DNA from: Rhynchobatus australiae
Taxonomy: Eukaryota
Length of the DNA: 64,000 nucleotides
Assembly: GCA_034780895.1 (NCBI GenBank)
Contig: JAUZTB010000074.1
Span: forward strand, 8,281,470 to 8,345,469
Reading direction: 5' to 3'
The notes beneath the pieces were generated by a model. That model was not told the origin of the DNA. It ran no database searches and saw only the letters and a list, made by a program, of their open reading frames with translations. This document shows, piece by piece, positions 12,041 to 24,932 of this stretch. Positions within the stretch are counted from its first letter, which is position 1, and each line of letters opens with the position of its first letter. The translations under genes and the position numbers were made by a program.

Positions 12041-12351
12041 ATGCTTTGGAAGTTGCTTTGGAAGTTTCCCAATGCTAAAGACACTAAATATAATGCAGTT
12101 GGTGCCTGACATAAGAGTTGTTCACTGTTTTTATTCTGGATTTGCAGCATCTGCATTTTTTTTTGTTTTTTATTAAGATTTAAGGCTTACATTGCACAAG
12201 TAGTGTGTGGCAATCAGTATCTTCACTCATAAAGTCACAAAAGTCAAACAGTCAGTTTTGTGTGGAATGATGCTGATCACCTCGCTATGTTGTGATCTTT
12301 TGTTATAAACAGGATGTGACAGTGATTATATCATCTTTTGTCTTTGCCAAG

Positions 12352-12493
12352 GTTTCTTTGCCAAAGAGTGAAGCTGAACATAGCTGGAGAACTTTGCCGT
12401 CTCAGCTCAGTTTTGAGCATCCGAGGGAAAACCTTCTTCTTCTTCTTTCTCAGCTCATTTACAACTGATACTTGTCTTCCAGTTGTCACTCAG
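12352..12493 (+). CDS. CTC1: CTC1 exon 5
   Basis: KLNIAGELCRLSSVLSIRGKTFFFFFL...CLPVVTQ vs human [26 protein letters not shown]...VSIIVQ; phase 2 to 0. Confidence 0.93.
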
Positions 12494-12934
12494 GTGTGTT
12501 TTGTTTTTAATGCTATAAGAAATTTAAATGGAGTCTTTAACTAGATGTGTCCAATAAGTATTATATGGTCTAAAATAATTAGAAATGTGTACAGTGATTT
12601 GCTTTAGTCGTAAGTTTTCAGAACAGTTGGCCTTTAAAGAAATGCTAGGAATGCCCAAACTGATCTCATTTTTCTAGTTATATCATCAAATTACATTGTA
12701 GTTGATCTTGATTTTTTTTGTAGTTGTGGCTCATTGTTTTCATGGTTTACTAGCAGATTATTTCTAATGTTGAATGATGCTTTAAAATCAATGCAATGCC
12801 AACAGTTTTCCTTGGGATAATGACTCTGTTTACATACTGTCAGATCACTAAAATAGGTAGCAGAGGGATTCAGACTTGGAGGTGTTCAGTCATAATCCAG
12901 CGGATGGTAACTTTGCCGCATTGGCTCGTCATCC

Positions 12935-14295
12935 AAGCACACATCTCTAATGTATTCAGTGTCAGTTTCCAGATTATGGAATAGTTCTTGTACATTGGAA
13001 GGTGGTTAATGTAACTTCTGTATTAAAAAAAGAGAGAAAATGTTAAACTATAGTCTAGTTGGCCTAAAATTAGTGGTGGATGAAAATGCTGGAGCCTATT
13101 ATAACAGAAGTGATAACAGGACCCTTAGGAAACATCAGCATAATTAGAAAAATAAACATGGATATCTGGAAGGGAAATCAAGTTTTCCAAGCCTTCTAGA
13201 GTTTATTTTTGAGGATGTAACTTGGATAGATAAGGGAAAACTAGTGAATGTGCCATGTTTAGATTTTCAGAATGTCTTTGAAAGGATAGTGTGTAAAATG
13301 AAAGGGCATAGTATTGGGGTTAATGTAACATCATGGATTAAAAATGGTTTGACAGATGAGGAAAATGTAGGAAGGAATGGGTCTCTTGGGGTGGCTGGTG
13401 GTAACTAGTAGGATACCGCAGAGATCAGTGCTCGGGCCTCAACTCTTCAAAATATATTTTAATAATTTGGATGAAGGACACAATGTTTTGAAGTTTTCTG
13501 AAACAATAGGATAGGATTGGTATGCTAGGTAGGATTGTTAATTGCAGAGGATGCAGAGAGGCTTCAAGGTGGCTCAGACAGATGGAGTAAGTGGACAAAA
13601 AACAGCAGGTGAAAATAAATGTGAAGTTATCCACTTTTGAGGGAAAACTAAAACACAGTGTATTGTTTAAATGGTGTTAAACTGGGAATGATTGATTTGT
13701 TGCCCTTCATAGCAAGAGAACTTGAGTGCAGGAGCAAGGATGTCTTGTTACAATTCTACAGATCCTTGATGAAATCACTTTTGGAGAACTGTATACTGTC
13801 TTGTTCTCCTTAATCTAAAGGATAAACTTACCGTGGAGGGATTGCAATGAAGGTTCACCAGACTGGTTCCAGAAATATCAGATCTGTTTTATAAAGAATC
13901 AACTGGCATTTAGAAGAATGAGAAGGGAATCCAATTGGAAAATTACAAAATTCTGACATGGCTAAACAGACTAGATGTAGGGAGGATATTCCCCTGATCT
14001 GGGTGTCTATAGTAAGGGATCATCGTCTCAATTTACAGGGCAAGAGATTCAGTACAAGGTGAGGAGGAATTTCTTCATTGAGGATGATGAATCTGTGGAA
14101 TTGGCTTCCGCAGAGGATTTTAGATGCCAAGTTACTGAATATATTTAAGAGGGAAATAGATAACTTTTCTAGATGTCAAAGGCATCATGGGGTATGGGGA
14201 AAACATGGTAATATAGTATTGAGATAGATAATCAACCTTGATCGTATTGAATGGCAGAACATTGGCTTAAAAGGCTGATTGGCTTCTGCTCCTTG
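12935..14295 (+). mobile_element. Old CR1 LINE RT/3' fragment
   Basis: Decayed CR1 landmarks: TATAGTCTAGTTGGCCTAA, TTAGATTTTCAGAATGTCTTTGA, GTAGGATACCGCAGAGATCAGTGCTCGGGCC, and a typical 3' tail. Confidence 0.75.
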
Positions 14296-15214
14296 TCTCT
14301 CTGATACAGCAGTGTCCCTGGGTAAGTGATTAATGAGTGCTCTAGGTAAACGGTAAGAAATTACAATGCTTATGTAAAACAACTCTATTAAAATGATTAT
14401 ATGCGTACCTACCAGTGATGAAAACATCTGTTGTGATGTGTGTGTTCTGACCTTTTAGACTAGCACAAGTCCATGGATCAGTGTGTTGGTCCTAAGCAAA
14501 AAGACTACCACTGTTAAGAGCACATGTACTTTAGATTCTTCTGCTCCACTTGGTTACCAATCTGTAGTCTGCAGGGGATAATATTAATGATGGATGTAGC
14601 ATAGTGCAAGAATCATTCTGATATAAACTGCTTGTATAAAATTCTTAATGAGGATATTATTTCATTCTGAATAAACTGGTTAAAGCCCTTTAAATGCATG
14701 GTGTTGAATTGTGTTCACTATTTNNNNNNNNNNNNNNNNNNNNNNNNNNNNNNNNNNNNNNNNNNNNNNNNNNNNNNNNNNNNNNNNNNNNNNNNNNNNN
14801 NNNNNNNNNNNNNNNNNNNNNNNAAATTCAAATGTTAAACACACCCATTTCTTTGGTTGAGGCTCCTGACCACCCAGTCCCTTCACTTGGTGCCCACTTG
14901 GGTGGAGATAAAGAATTAGTTAAATGAACGGTGAATACAGGAAAACCCCTCTCCTCTTTTACAACGAGGGGATGTAAACGTAAAATTTCAGCTTGACCAA
15001 TCAGGGGTAATGCCACATAGTTTATTTTTACATGAAGCACAGTAGAAAAATAATTCCCTCCCCCAAACAAGCTGTCGAGGCTGGAGTTGACCTAAAAAGT
15101 CCTAAACTAAGACTAATAGTTGAGGGCATTAAAGAATATGGAACCAAGGGAAATAAATACATGGATCCAGCAACCTGCATTTGTTCCTGAGGTCAAGTGT
15201 TTTCTATCACACAT

Positions 15215-15440
15215 TTTTCCTGTAATCATGTGGGTGCTCTGTTTTCCTCCAGCCTCCCAAAGACGAGCTGGTTGGTAGGTTAACTGGCCAATGTAAATTA
15301 CTCCTGGTGCAGGCTAGGGCAGGAGAATTGGAGTGAGCTGATGACAGGTTTCAGGGAAATGGGTAGGGTAATGGGACAGATGGGGTATTCTGAAAGCCAG
15401 CATAGATATGACAGGCAAATGGCCACCTTTCACGTCAAAG
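15215..15440 (+). mobile_element. Partial V-SINE-like element
   Basis: GGGTGCTCTGTTTTCCTCC...CCCAAAGACG...GGTAGGTTAACTGGCCAATGTAAATT resembles the V-SINE core domain. Confidence 0.55.
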
Positions 15441-16665
15441 AAAATGTAAAAATATATATAAATATGAAATGGAGTTCAAGATACTACTAAATGAATGTTG
15501 AGCAGCTAAATGTCCCACACTTGCTGCAATATTTAAAAGTGTGTATTCCCAAAAAGAAGTATGGATTTGAAGAGAAAATTGAATTTGCGATTAAATCAGT
15601 GCAAATATGTAGCAGATGTTCCAAATGTTACTTCATCAAGAAAAGCTACTTCAACATAAGTTGAGGTAAATGGCATAAAATGAATAAAACATCTTTCTCA
15701 AGTATCTTTTGTGAAATAAACTTTGTAATTTTAAGAACCATTACCTTGAAACATAAAAGTCATTCCATTTAAAGCAGCAATCTTAAAATTGAGAGCTCTT
15801 AGTACAAAGAGAAATTACATTTAAACAGAAAATCCTGAGGTGAGAATGAAAGTGCATTTATGTTAATCAGAGCATAGGTCCTGTGAGATTACATTGATAA
15901 AAAATGAATGAGAGTTCTTTTTTGAATTCTACTACAAATTAATTCATTAAGATTAGAAGCCTGCTTACTGGTCCTATTTACACCTGTTGTTTTTACATGT
16001 AAATTTTTTTGCATTTTTTTGTAATCCAATTGTAACAGTTTGGCAGAATGAGCTACAACAGCTAAATTATTTTTAGCTTTACCACAAATGGTGTATAACA
16101 AGTTGCCTATAATAGTCCAAACTTAATTTAGACAATCAAATTTTGTGTATCTTCACACCTCAGCAAATAATTGCACACTTGTGACTCATCAGCTTGCAAT
16201 AGTTCAAGAATGTCCTCCATGAAACTAAGTAATTACTGGCTTTATTTGAGAATTCTTTTACTTTCATTGGCGTTAAATAGATATTTTTCATTCTGTTAAA
16301 CCTGTTCTCTATGACCTCTGAGTAATACAGGGCAGCCTGTTTTTGTTTTGTGTTATTCTTTAACATTGATTAGGTGTCTGATATCACCACCTGGTGCTGG
16401 TATTATTTGCTAATTTTACAGCTATTATTTTTCAAATAATAACCTAAAATGACTAGATCCATTAGAAAATATATTACAAATTATACTTGCTTATAATACA
16501 TAATATTCTCATGATTGCACCTTTGAAGCAATAGTGATTGTTCTTTTTGTCAAATCAATTACTTGTGGCTTTGATGCGAAGAGAAATTATTTCATGTGTT
16601 GTAAATTTTAACTCAATGAGAAATGGATGTTTTCAACTTGAATTTTCCAATTTCTCTCCTTTTAG

Positions 16666-16983
16666 GTTCCTGCCAAGCTAATGTGGCACCATTGCCTTGA
16701 AGTTTCAAAACAATACATTATAACAAAGGTCTTCGTTTCCAGTCTCCAGGGCACCAATTATAAGGTGTTCGTAGTGTCGTCATCTTCTGACTTCTATAAT
16801 TATAATGAGGGACTAGTGAAAGAACAAACACTGGTGGAATTTATGCAAGCTTCAAATACAAATCTAGTGCCACCTGCTTCCAATAAAGAATCTTTGCAGA
16901 ATAGATCGTCAATGGACTGGTCAACTCAAAGCACTATAGAAGAGGTTTTCGAGAACAAAGAATCTAAAATAATTTCTTACCGT
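16666..16983 (+). CDS. CTC1: CTC1 exon 6
   Basis: VPAKLMWHHCLEVSKQYIITKVFVS...ESKIISYR vs human [25 protein letters not shown]...SRLLSYS; phase 0 to 0. Confidence 0.95.
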
Positions 16984-18133
16984 GTGAGTATTCTGAGTGG
17001 GGATAATGTTAAATTATATAGATATCAGAAGTTAAGTCTTTGGGTCATTTTGAAATTACCCTCCTCATGATCTCTTGTACAGTGTCACCTGACTTTGAAG
17101 AATGAGCCTCTGTTTTGAGTTTAAATGAAATTTGGGGTTTCCACTTGCAGTTTGCAGCACTGTTTTCCTGGAGTTTGTGGTAAAATTAGACCTTGAATGC
17201 ATGACATTCTAGTAATACCAGTACAATGTCACTCAGTGTTCTTCAGTAACATTTAAATAGTTGGGTTGGCGAGGATAATGCTCTCAGAAAGAATTGGTCT
17301 GATTTTTTTGTTCTGTCCCTTTCTCTCTTTCATCTTCCGATTGTGGCTCGTACTGTAAGAAGTCTTCTATAAATGGTCATTCATTACTGTGTGAGCTTTG
17401 CTAGAGCATTGGCATGCTATGCAACCACAGGGAACATCACAGTGGGACAGTTGCTGCTTTGGTCTGGTGTTCTTAAATGAGCACTTCACAGTAGAAATTA
17501 GATAGCTCTCCAAAGTGAGAATCCAACCAGATTTCCTTCCTCATTCAAGAGGTGCTGCACCAAGATCCATATTTTCCATCCTATTTCTGACCTTGCCAAT
17601 CCAGCTAAGTTACTGGACAGAAGTCCAGATTGGTACTATATTACTGAAGGTTACTTAGCTGTATATGCCTAATGTTTACATTGAGTCCAATAAAACATTC
17701 TTCAATCAATGGGATACAAAAGGACTTAAATGGAGAGGAATATATTTAAGAACGGGAGTTTTTTTCTTGCAAGTATGGAACATGTGCTTTAAGATAATAT
17801 ACTACTCTATCCTGCAACAAACCCAGAAGGTGGTGGGCTAATGGCCTCCCATGGCTGCTTTGGTGTTATGAAATTGGTGACTGAAAGTTGTATGGTGGCA
17901 GAGGGTAGCTGCTCGCCAGAATGATCCATCCCTTCCTTTGAGAAAGTAACTGGCCCTATCTGATCTTTCGATGTGATTACATTTTAAGCTTTCACTGTTG
18001 TAAGTGGCAGGTATAAACTGGTGAAGTGTCTCCTTAAGGTGATGCCAACTGGATTGTCAAATCTCTGCATTACTTGGAAGATTGTTTGTAAACTGTTGAT
18101 TAGGCAATTAATTACTTTTTCTTTAAATTTCAG

Positions 18134-18262
18134 GGTGTGATAAGTAAAGTATTAAATTTTAGAGCAGGCCTTTATGAACTGGATGGCAAAGTTGGTCTTT
18201 GTTTGGCCTACCAGCAGTTAGTGAATTATGGTCGTGGGTTACGTCCTGGAGCACAAGTGGAG
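18134..18262 (+). CDS. CTC1: CTC1 exon 7
   Basis: [28 protein letters not shown]...LRPGAQVE vs human [28 protein letters not shown]...MRPGVCLQ. Confidence 0.97.
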
Positions 18263-19242
18263 GTAAAAATGTTTGATTTTTGTTTTCTTCAGCTCTTTTA
18301 TTTTCCTTGTATGATTTATAAAGAATTCTATCCTGTTTCATCTAGAAAGATTAATGAAGATATTCTACACCAAAGGTAGTTTCATTGTATCTGCTAATTG
18401 TCCAGGTTGTGTAGAGTTGGTTCAAAGAATGATTATACTTTTATTTCTGATAATACTGAACTAAAGCCTTTAGTTCATGGGTATTTCTTGAATAAGTGAA
18501 ACTATAAGATAGCCTCGTGTAAATGTGATACCTGAATGTGTAAATTGCTGAAAGATGATTTATCTGTTGATGTTCAACAAGACTTCATGGGGTTCTGCTG
18601 CCTGTTGTCATTTATCATTTGCTCAAGCTAAGCTCCACAGTACTTTATTTTATACTGGAAGAGAAAAGACGGGAAGCTATATGTTTTTGCAAAACTGCTT
18701 TGAAGAGTTGTTTACTTAGAAATGATTCATCTTTTCATGAAAAAGACTTGCTCATGTTTCTCCAGGGATACTCTTGACATTGCTTGTAGATCAGCTGACA
18801 GACCTTTGACACTGACTTGATTTAGCAAGCATTTTGCTTTCCTCTGAGGATTGAAAAATGCTCCATCTTGTGGCCTAGCCAGGAGTTTGCAATATCCATT
18901 TGCTGAGAAGCAAGAAATGACTTCTGTTGGAAAAATTTGGAGGTTGCTGCATGGAAAATGATAATGTACTTCTCCCATTTTACTTTTATATTATTCGCAC
19001 TGTGTAACATGTAATAATCTTATTTCATGCATCCATTGTTTTTGTTTTCATTAGTTTTTTTTCAGTGAAGTATAATCAGCTGTGGAATTTTGGTACCATA
19101 TTCACTTTAAATGTGAAGTAACTAATGGAGTACAGTTTTGGCCTTCTGAACCTGGATGTTGTCTGGTATTCTGAAGTGTGTGATATAATACCATGATAAG
19201 GTGCTGGTCACTGCAGTTGTGATATTACAGTGCAATTACAAT

Positions 19243-20143
19243 ATTGGTATTGGTTTATTATTGTCACTTGTGCCAAGGTACAGCAAAAAACTTGTCTTGC
19301 ATACTGATCGTACAGGTCATTTCATTACACAGTGCAGTTGCATTGAGTTAATACAGAGTGCATTGAGGTAGTACAGGTAAAAACAACAGCACAGAGTAAA
19401 GTGTCACAGCTACAGAGAAAGTGCAGTGCAATAAGGTGCAAGGTCACAACAAGGTAGATTGTGAGGTCATAGTCCATCTCATTGCATAAGGGAATTGTTC
19501 AATAGTCTTATCACAGTGGGGTAGAAGCTGTCCTTAAGTCTGGTATGTGCCCTCAGGCTCCTGTATCTTCTACCCGATGGAAGAGGCGAGAAGAGAGAAT
19601 GACCCGGGTGGGTGGGGTCTTTGATTATGCTGGCTGCTTCACCAAGGCAGTGAGAGTTCAAGGAGGGGAGGCCAGTGTCCGTGATGCGCTGGGCTGTGTC
19701 CACAACTCTTTGCTGTTTCTTGTGGTCCTGGGTAGACCAGTTGCCATACCAAGCCGTGATACATCCAGATAGGATGCTTTCTATGGTGTATCTGTAAAAG
19801 TTGGTGAGAGACAAAGGGGACAAACTGAATTTCTTTAGCCTCCTGAGGAAGTAGAGGCACTAGTGAGCTTCCTTGGCTGTAGAATTTGACCAGGACAGGC
19901 TGTTGGTGATGTTCACTCCCAGGAACTTGAAGCTCTCAACCCTCTAGACCTCAGCACCATTGATGTAAACAGGTGCATGTACACTGTCCCCTTTTCTGAA
20001 GTCAATGACCAACTCTGGTTTGTTGACATTGAGGGAAAGGTTGTTGTCATGACTTTTTTCCACTAAGCTCTATATCTCCTTCCTGTACTGAGCATCACTG
20101 TTTTGAGATGTGGCCTACAACGGTGGTACCATCTGCAAACTTG
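19243..20143 (-). mobile_element. Rex1/Babar-like LINE 3' fragment
   Basis: Reverse ORF LTNFYRYTIESILSGCITAWYGN...LFSPLPSGRRYRSL; (CCAATA)n-type tail seen as ATTGGTATTGGTTTATT. Tail-only copies occur at about 5179-5242 and 31774-31877. Confidence 0.8.
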
Positions 20144-21599
20144 CATTAGATCAAATTTATAAATTTAAATGGTTCCTGGATTTGGGTGCATGCTGTTGCT
20201 TAAAACGGTTCTTAGGTTAGGCAATTTACCATGATGACCCACTTTTTTTTCCTTCCAAATCTTAACAACTCATTTTTCTTAAATTTATTTGAGATTATGG
20301 TACAATTGCACCATCTAGTGCTCACTCACTTTATTACAGCAAGATTATTTTCAGTTTACCAAACTGCTGACAGGTCCAGAAATGCATGGGTCATTACAAT
20401 ACTTTTGCTGATAAAATGGCTTTTAATTGAATAAAAGCTTCAAAGATACTTGTCACTGGGAAGAGTTTAAACCAACACAGCTGGACGATCCTGACACTTC
20501 CTTCCATGCAGATTTTTTTTAAAAGGAAACTTCAAATTTGTCATTTACAGAATTGAACATTTTTTCTCTCCTTAAAATTATAATCATTTATGAACAGACA
20601 ATGTTTTATCTCAATCATAAATATCTTGATGTAAAACACCATTACTACTACGCTGGATGTTTTGGGGTGGATAAAATGTCTTTGCATCTACAGTACTTGT
20701 GAAATGGCTCCAAGATGCTAGTTTTATATAGTTTTTTAAATATACTTTTTCCATTATATCAAGAGTTTCTCAATACTTGGCATTTAACTGTGATAGAGCT
20801 TCAGGGGATTTTCAAGCTAAAGATACAATTTATTGCAAAATACATAAAAATATGGTTTCTATGGAGCATCAAAAGTCATGATCGACAATCTAGACCTTTT
20901 AAATTGTGGTTTAAACAATTAAGCTAGTTTTGCTAATGCTTGGATGGTGACAAGTTAGGAAAACTCTTCAGGACTATGCACAGATCTATCTAGTGGCCAC
21001 AGATTGCAACTACATCTTTGATATCATTGAAATAACACCATTTATGATTTTTAGGTTGCAGATATCCTGGTGTTTTATTGCTCAGAGCCTAAGGTTAATA
21101 GTGGTCAGCTGAGTATCTCTGTAAATTTACAATATCAAGTGCAATTCTGATGCACAAAAACATTAATGTAATGGTAAATGCCTTTTGTTAGCTTTTATTG
21201 TAGCTACAACAGTCCCACTTGTTAGTATTGCCTTCACTGTGGGAGGATGTATCTAATGCTCATGGTTACAATTTTGCTCCCATTAAGCTGATTGGTGTTT
21301 GATTTGACCTGACTTCATGCCCCTGCTAATGTGGTATGAATGCACCAAACCAATCCTTCTCTGACTCTCGATCAGAGTGGGGCATTGAGACGTGGGCCTC
21401 AACAGCAGCTAGGCCATAAATGGCTTATCACTGAGACCCCATTTTCAGAAAACCTTTGATTAGGAGATGAGGTTGGGAGCAGAGCTTCTCCTGTTAAAGT
21501 TAGGGTCTCTGACAGAAATTTAGAATGCTTCTAGCATTCAGAGATTTAAAAAAAAGTCAAATCACATCTGAAATTATAATTTTAATTATTAAAAGTACA

Positions 21600-21816
21600 T
21601 TATAGAATGATAGAAACATTGTACAGAAATAGGCTCATTCAGCCTACCTCATCCATGCTGAGTGTGATGGCTATCTATGCTAATCCCATTAGGGCCATAC
21701 CCCTCTTTGCCTTTTCTATCTAATTATTTGCCTAAATGTCTGTCTTAAACATTGTTGTAATTATGTCTGCCTCCACTACCACCTCTGGCAGCTTGTTCCA
21801 GATATTCACTACACTG
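21600..21816 (-). mobile_element. CR1 3' tail fragment abutting a gap
   Basis: CTCCACTACCACCTCTGGCAGCTTGTTCCAGAT and ATAGAAACAT-type tail. Confidence 0.6.
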
Positions 21817-22231
21817 NNNNNNNNNNNNNNNNNNNNNNNNNNNNNNNNNNNNNNNNNNNNNNNNNNNNNNNNNNNNNNNNNNNNNNNNNNNNNNNNNNNN
21901 NNNNNNNNNNNNNNNNTACAGTGCTTGGACTAGAAGTTGAAGTTTTTTTAAACATTTTCCAAACCCTAAGATGGTTTGAGTATCTGATAGGCATATATTG
22001 CAGCTGTGCATTTTACAACTTTTACATCCTTTTGTCAGTGTTCTCATTCCTAACTGCCCCCATTTCAGAGGTTTTGTGAACAAAGGACGATGTCCTCCCT
22101 CCCTAACTGCCCCGATTGATCAGATGAACTTGTTTATGGCATATCCCCAGTGCAACCCCTATCAGAATCTATCAGAAAGATTCCCTTTCACCTACCCATT
22201 CATTCCTGCAACTTATTGCTAATTTTCTCTC

Positions 22232-22330
22232 CAGTTCTGATGAATAGTTTTCAACCTGAAATGATCACTCTGTTTCTCTTTCCACAGATGCTGTCTGTCA
22301 CTCTGTATTTCCAGCATTTTTTCATTTTTA
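22232..22330 (+). mobile_element. Half copy of the palindromic/hammerhead-like family
   Basis: CTGATGA...GAAA followed by TTCCACAGATGCTG...TTCCAGCATTTT. Confidence 0.55.
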
Positions 22331-22740
22331 GTTTTAATTTTGAATGTATATCTTTGTACATAGCTAACAGGCGAATGTATTCTTTCTTCCTCACTAGACT
22401 TATGAATAAATTCAGGTGGTTGTTTGGTTGTTCATAATCAAACAGATTTTATTTAGCTTTCTGAATGATGGTTCTCTCCTCCCTTCTGTGTTATTCAAAT
22501 ATTTTGAAGTCCTTGTTTTCTACAAGGAGTACTTGTGTGTGTAAACCAGATAATTTCATTGTTATCTCTAACATTTATGCTTCTTGCAAATATGCAACTT
22601 TTTTTTCTTTGCTTCACTTTTCTACTAGATTGTAGAAAAAGTGAATTAATTATTTAAAGGCAGAAATGAAAATAAATCTGTAACTAACTACCACCAATTT
22701 TACACAAAGTCACTGTTATCTTCTTTGTTCTATATTGTAG

Positions 22741-22886
22741 GTTTTGCCCTTGCTTTACTTCACAGCAGCACATGCTAAAGTGCGGAAGTGATGTTGGCAT
22801 TATTGGAACATTTTTTAGCTCAATTCTGAACTATACCAAGTGGAATTTACCTAAACCAACAAGGGACATATACCAGGAGATCCTGG
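22741..22886 (+). CDS. CTC1: CTC1 exon 9-equivalent (3' end lost in gap)
   Basis: tgtag|G FCPCFTSQQHML...PTRDIYQEIL vs human LCPHVLRHHQFL...PVRNAHNEIL; runs into Ns at 22887. Confidence 0.9.
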
Positions 22887-24217
22887 NNNNNNNNNNNNNN
22901 NNNNNNNNNNNNNNNNNNNNNNNNNNNNNNNNNNNNNNNNNNNNNNNNNNNNNNNNNNNNNNNNNNNNNNNNNNNNNNNNNNNNNNNNNNNNNNNNNNNN
23001 NNNNNNNNNNNNNNCCCTCTTTCCCATCAACCACACCCCAGCCTTATAAACCCTACCTATGTTCCGTTTTCCTCTGCTAACTTCATTTAATGTGGGAGTT
23101 GATTCCATGGAAGCTCTAAGTACCTTGCCCCTTTGGTTACTCTTCACCAAATATCTTGGTTAAACAAATTCTGTTTGGAGACCATCAGAATTGAGACCAA
23201 CCCTGTTCTTGTTCTTTAGATAGGCATGTGTTGTGAACCAGAGTTCCAGAATATCTTCCTAGATACGGTCACTCTGCTGATCATCGGCTGAATATCGAAG
23301 GACTTGATCTTGCCTCAGCTGCTATTGTAAAATTCAAGAGTAAAATGTAGAATTTGAATACTGCCTACCATTTAAATTGGCTTTCATAAAAGCTGTGTGA
23401 TATTTTTGATAGCTTTCTTATTCCAGTTTTCATCTAGGTTTAGTCTTTTGGTGAATTTTATTGTGCTGGGATTTTAAACAGAAGGACGATAATTTTAAAT
23501 TGAGATATTTATACACCAGGAAAAATTGAACCTGCCTGCCAGGGTTCTTCCTCCAATTCTACAACATCCTCATGCCCTCATTTAATCAACTTCCTGTATT
23601 CTACAACCATGGACCATTCTTGCTACCTTTTTGTTTCTTGCCTTGTACCTTCACCTGTCTGACCCTGACTGCTATGCCTTCACCTGTCTTGACTCCTTTT
23701 CTGGAATATTGATCATAAGGTTTTCCACCTCCCCTCTCCTCCAAGTCTGTCCTTAAAACCCACCCCCATGAACCTGCTGTTTTGCACCTCCTGAAATAGT
23801 CTGAGACACTATGCACTATAAGTGCTGATCATATCATGTTCAGGTTATTAAACTCTTTGGTGGTTTTCTTCTGCAGATACTCGAGCCTTGTTTTTGCAAG
23901 TTCTGTGTGAGATTTCCCTTTCTTACCATGTAGTTCGATTAAAGGATCCTACCAGACTTCTCTAATCTCTTTTTTAAAAAAAGGTTGAACAATCTGCTAT
24001 GTCTCTGACACTTTAGATTTTTGTGTCTGATTTCCTGATGTCGTTGAATGGCAGAGCAGGATCAAGGCACCAAGTGGCCTAGATCTGCCCCTAATTTGTA
24101 TGTCTGAATGGCAAGCTTCATCTTCTTGGTCAGCGTTGTTAACATTTTAGCTTTCCTTTTGTGGTTTTTGCTTAACTTGTGGCATGAACGACCTCTGACA
24201 ATTTCATTTTTCTTTAG

Positions 24218-24418
24218 ATTTCTCATCTGAATATTCCATGCCGGACACCACCTTTGGCGGAAGTTTTATCCATCGCTGAAGAACGAGCTTGGAAATCTCT
24301 TGACTTGTCCTCCTTGTTGACAGATAATGAGATAAAACATCTGGTAGCTTCGCAGCTTAATAGTAAGCTTGCTTGGTCGTTTGAAGTTTTAAAACCTGAA
24401 GACTTCCAACCCCAAATG
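24218..24418 (+). CDS. CTC1: CTC1 exon 10-equivalent
   Basis: ERAWKSLDLSSLL...SQLNSKLAWSFEVLKPEDFQPQM vs human RKAWASFDPKALL...[23 protein letters not shown]; phase 0 to 0. Confidence 0.95.
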
Positions 24419-24519
24419 GTACATTTTTTATTGATAGCAGCATTAATTATACCTAATGCCAATGGTTTTTATTATTAGTTCGCTAAATCATTGTAAGTCG
24501 ACATTACCCAAGAAGCTAA

Positions 24520-24932
24520 ACACTATCTTTGATTGGCAACTCATCAGCTACCCTAAACGTTCACCACTGGCACATCATGGCAACATTGTGTGCCCTTTAC
24601 AAAATGCCCTGCAGCTACATGCCTTGTCTGCTCGGAAAATGCCCCTTAAGTCCACGATCTCTGCCATCAGGAAAGGCGAAGGCAGAAAATGCATGGGACC
24701 CGACAGGTTCTTCTCCAAGTCATACAATATCCTGACTTGGAAATACACCAGTACTTCTTCATGGTCACTGTTTAAATTCTGATACATTCTACTTAACAGA
24801 GTACCTTCACCAGAAGTACTACAATGATTAAAGAAGGTGGCTCACCTCTGCCTCCTCAAGGGCAATTAGGCAGGAGCAATACATGCTGCCCTTGCCAGTA
24901 ATGTCTACATCATCAAAAACTGAATAAATAAA
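24520..24932 (+). mobile_element. Old LINE 3' end (L2/CR1 group)
   Basis: Similar to 63050-63510; ends ...CAAGGGCAATTAGG...ATGCTGCCCTTGCCAG...GAATAAATAAA. Confidence 0.55.
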
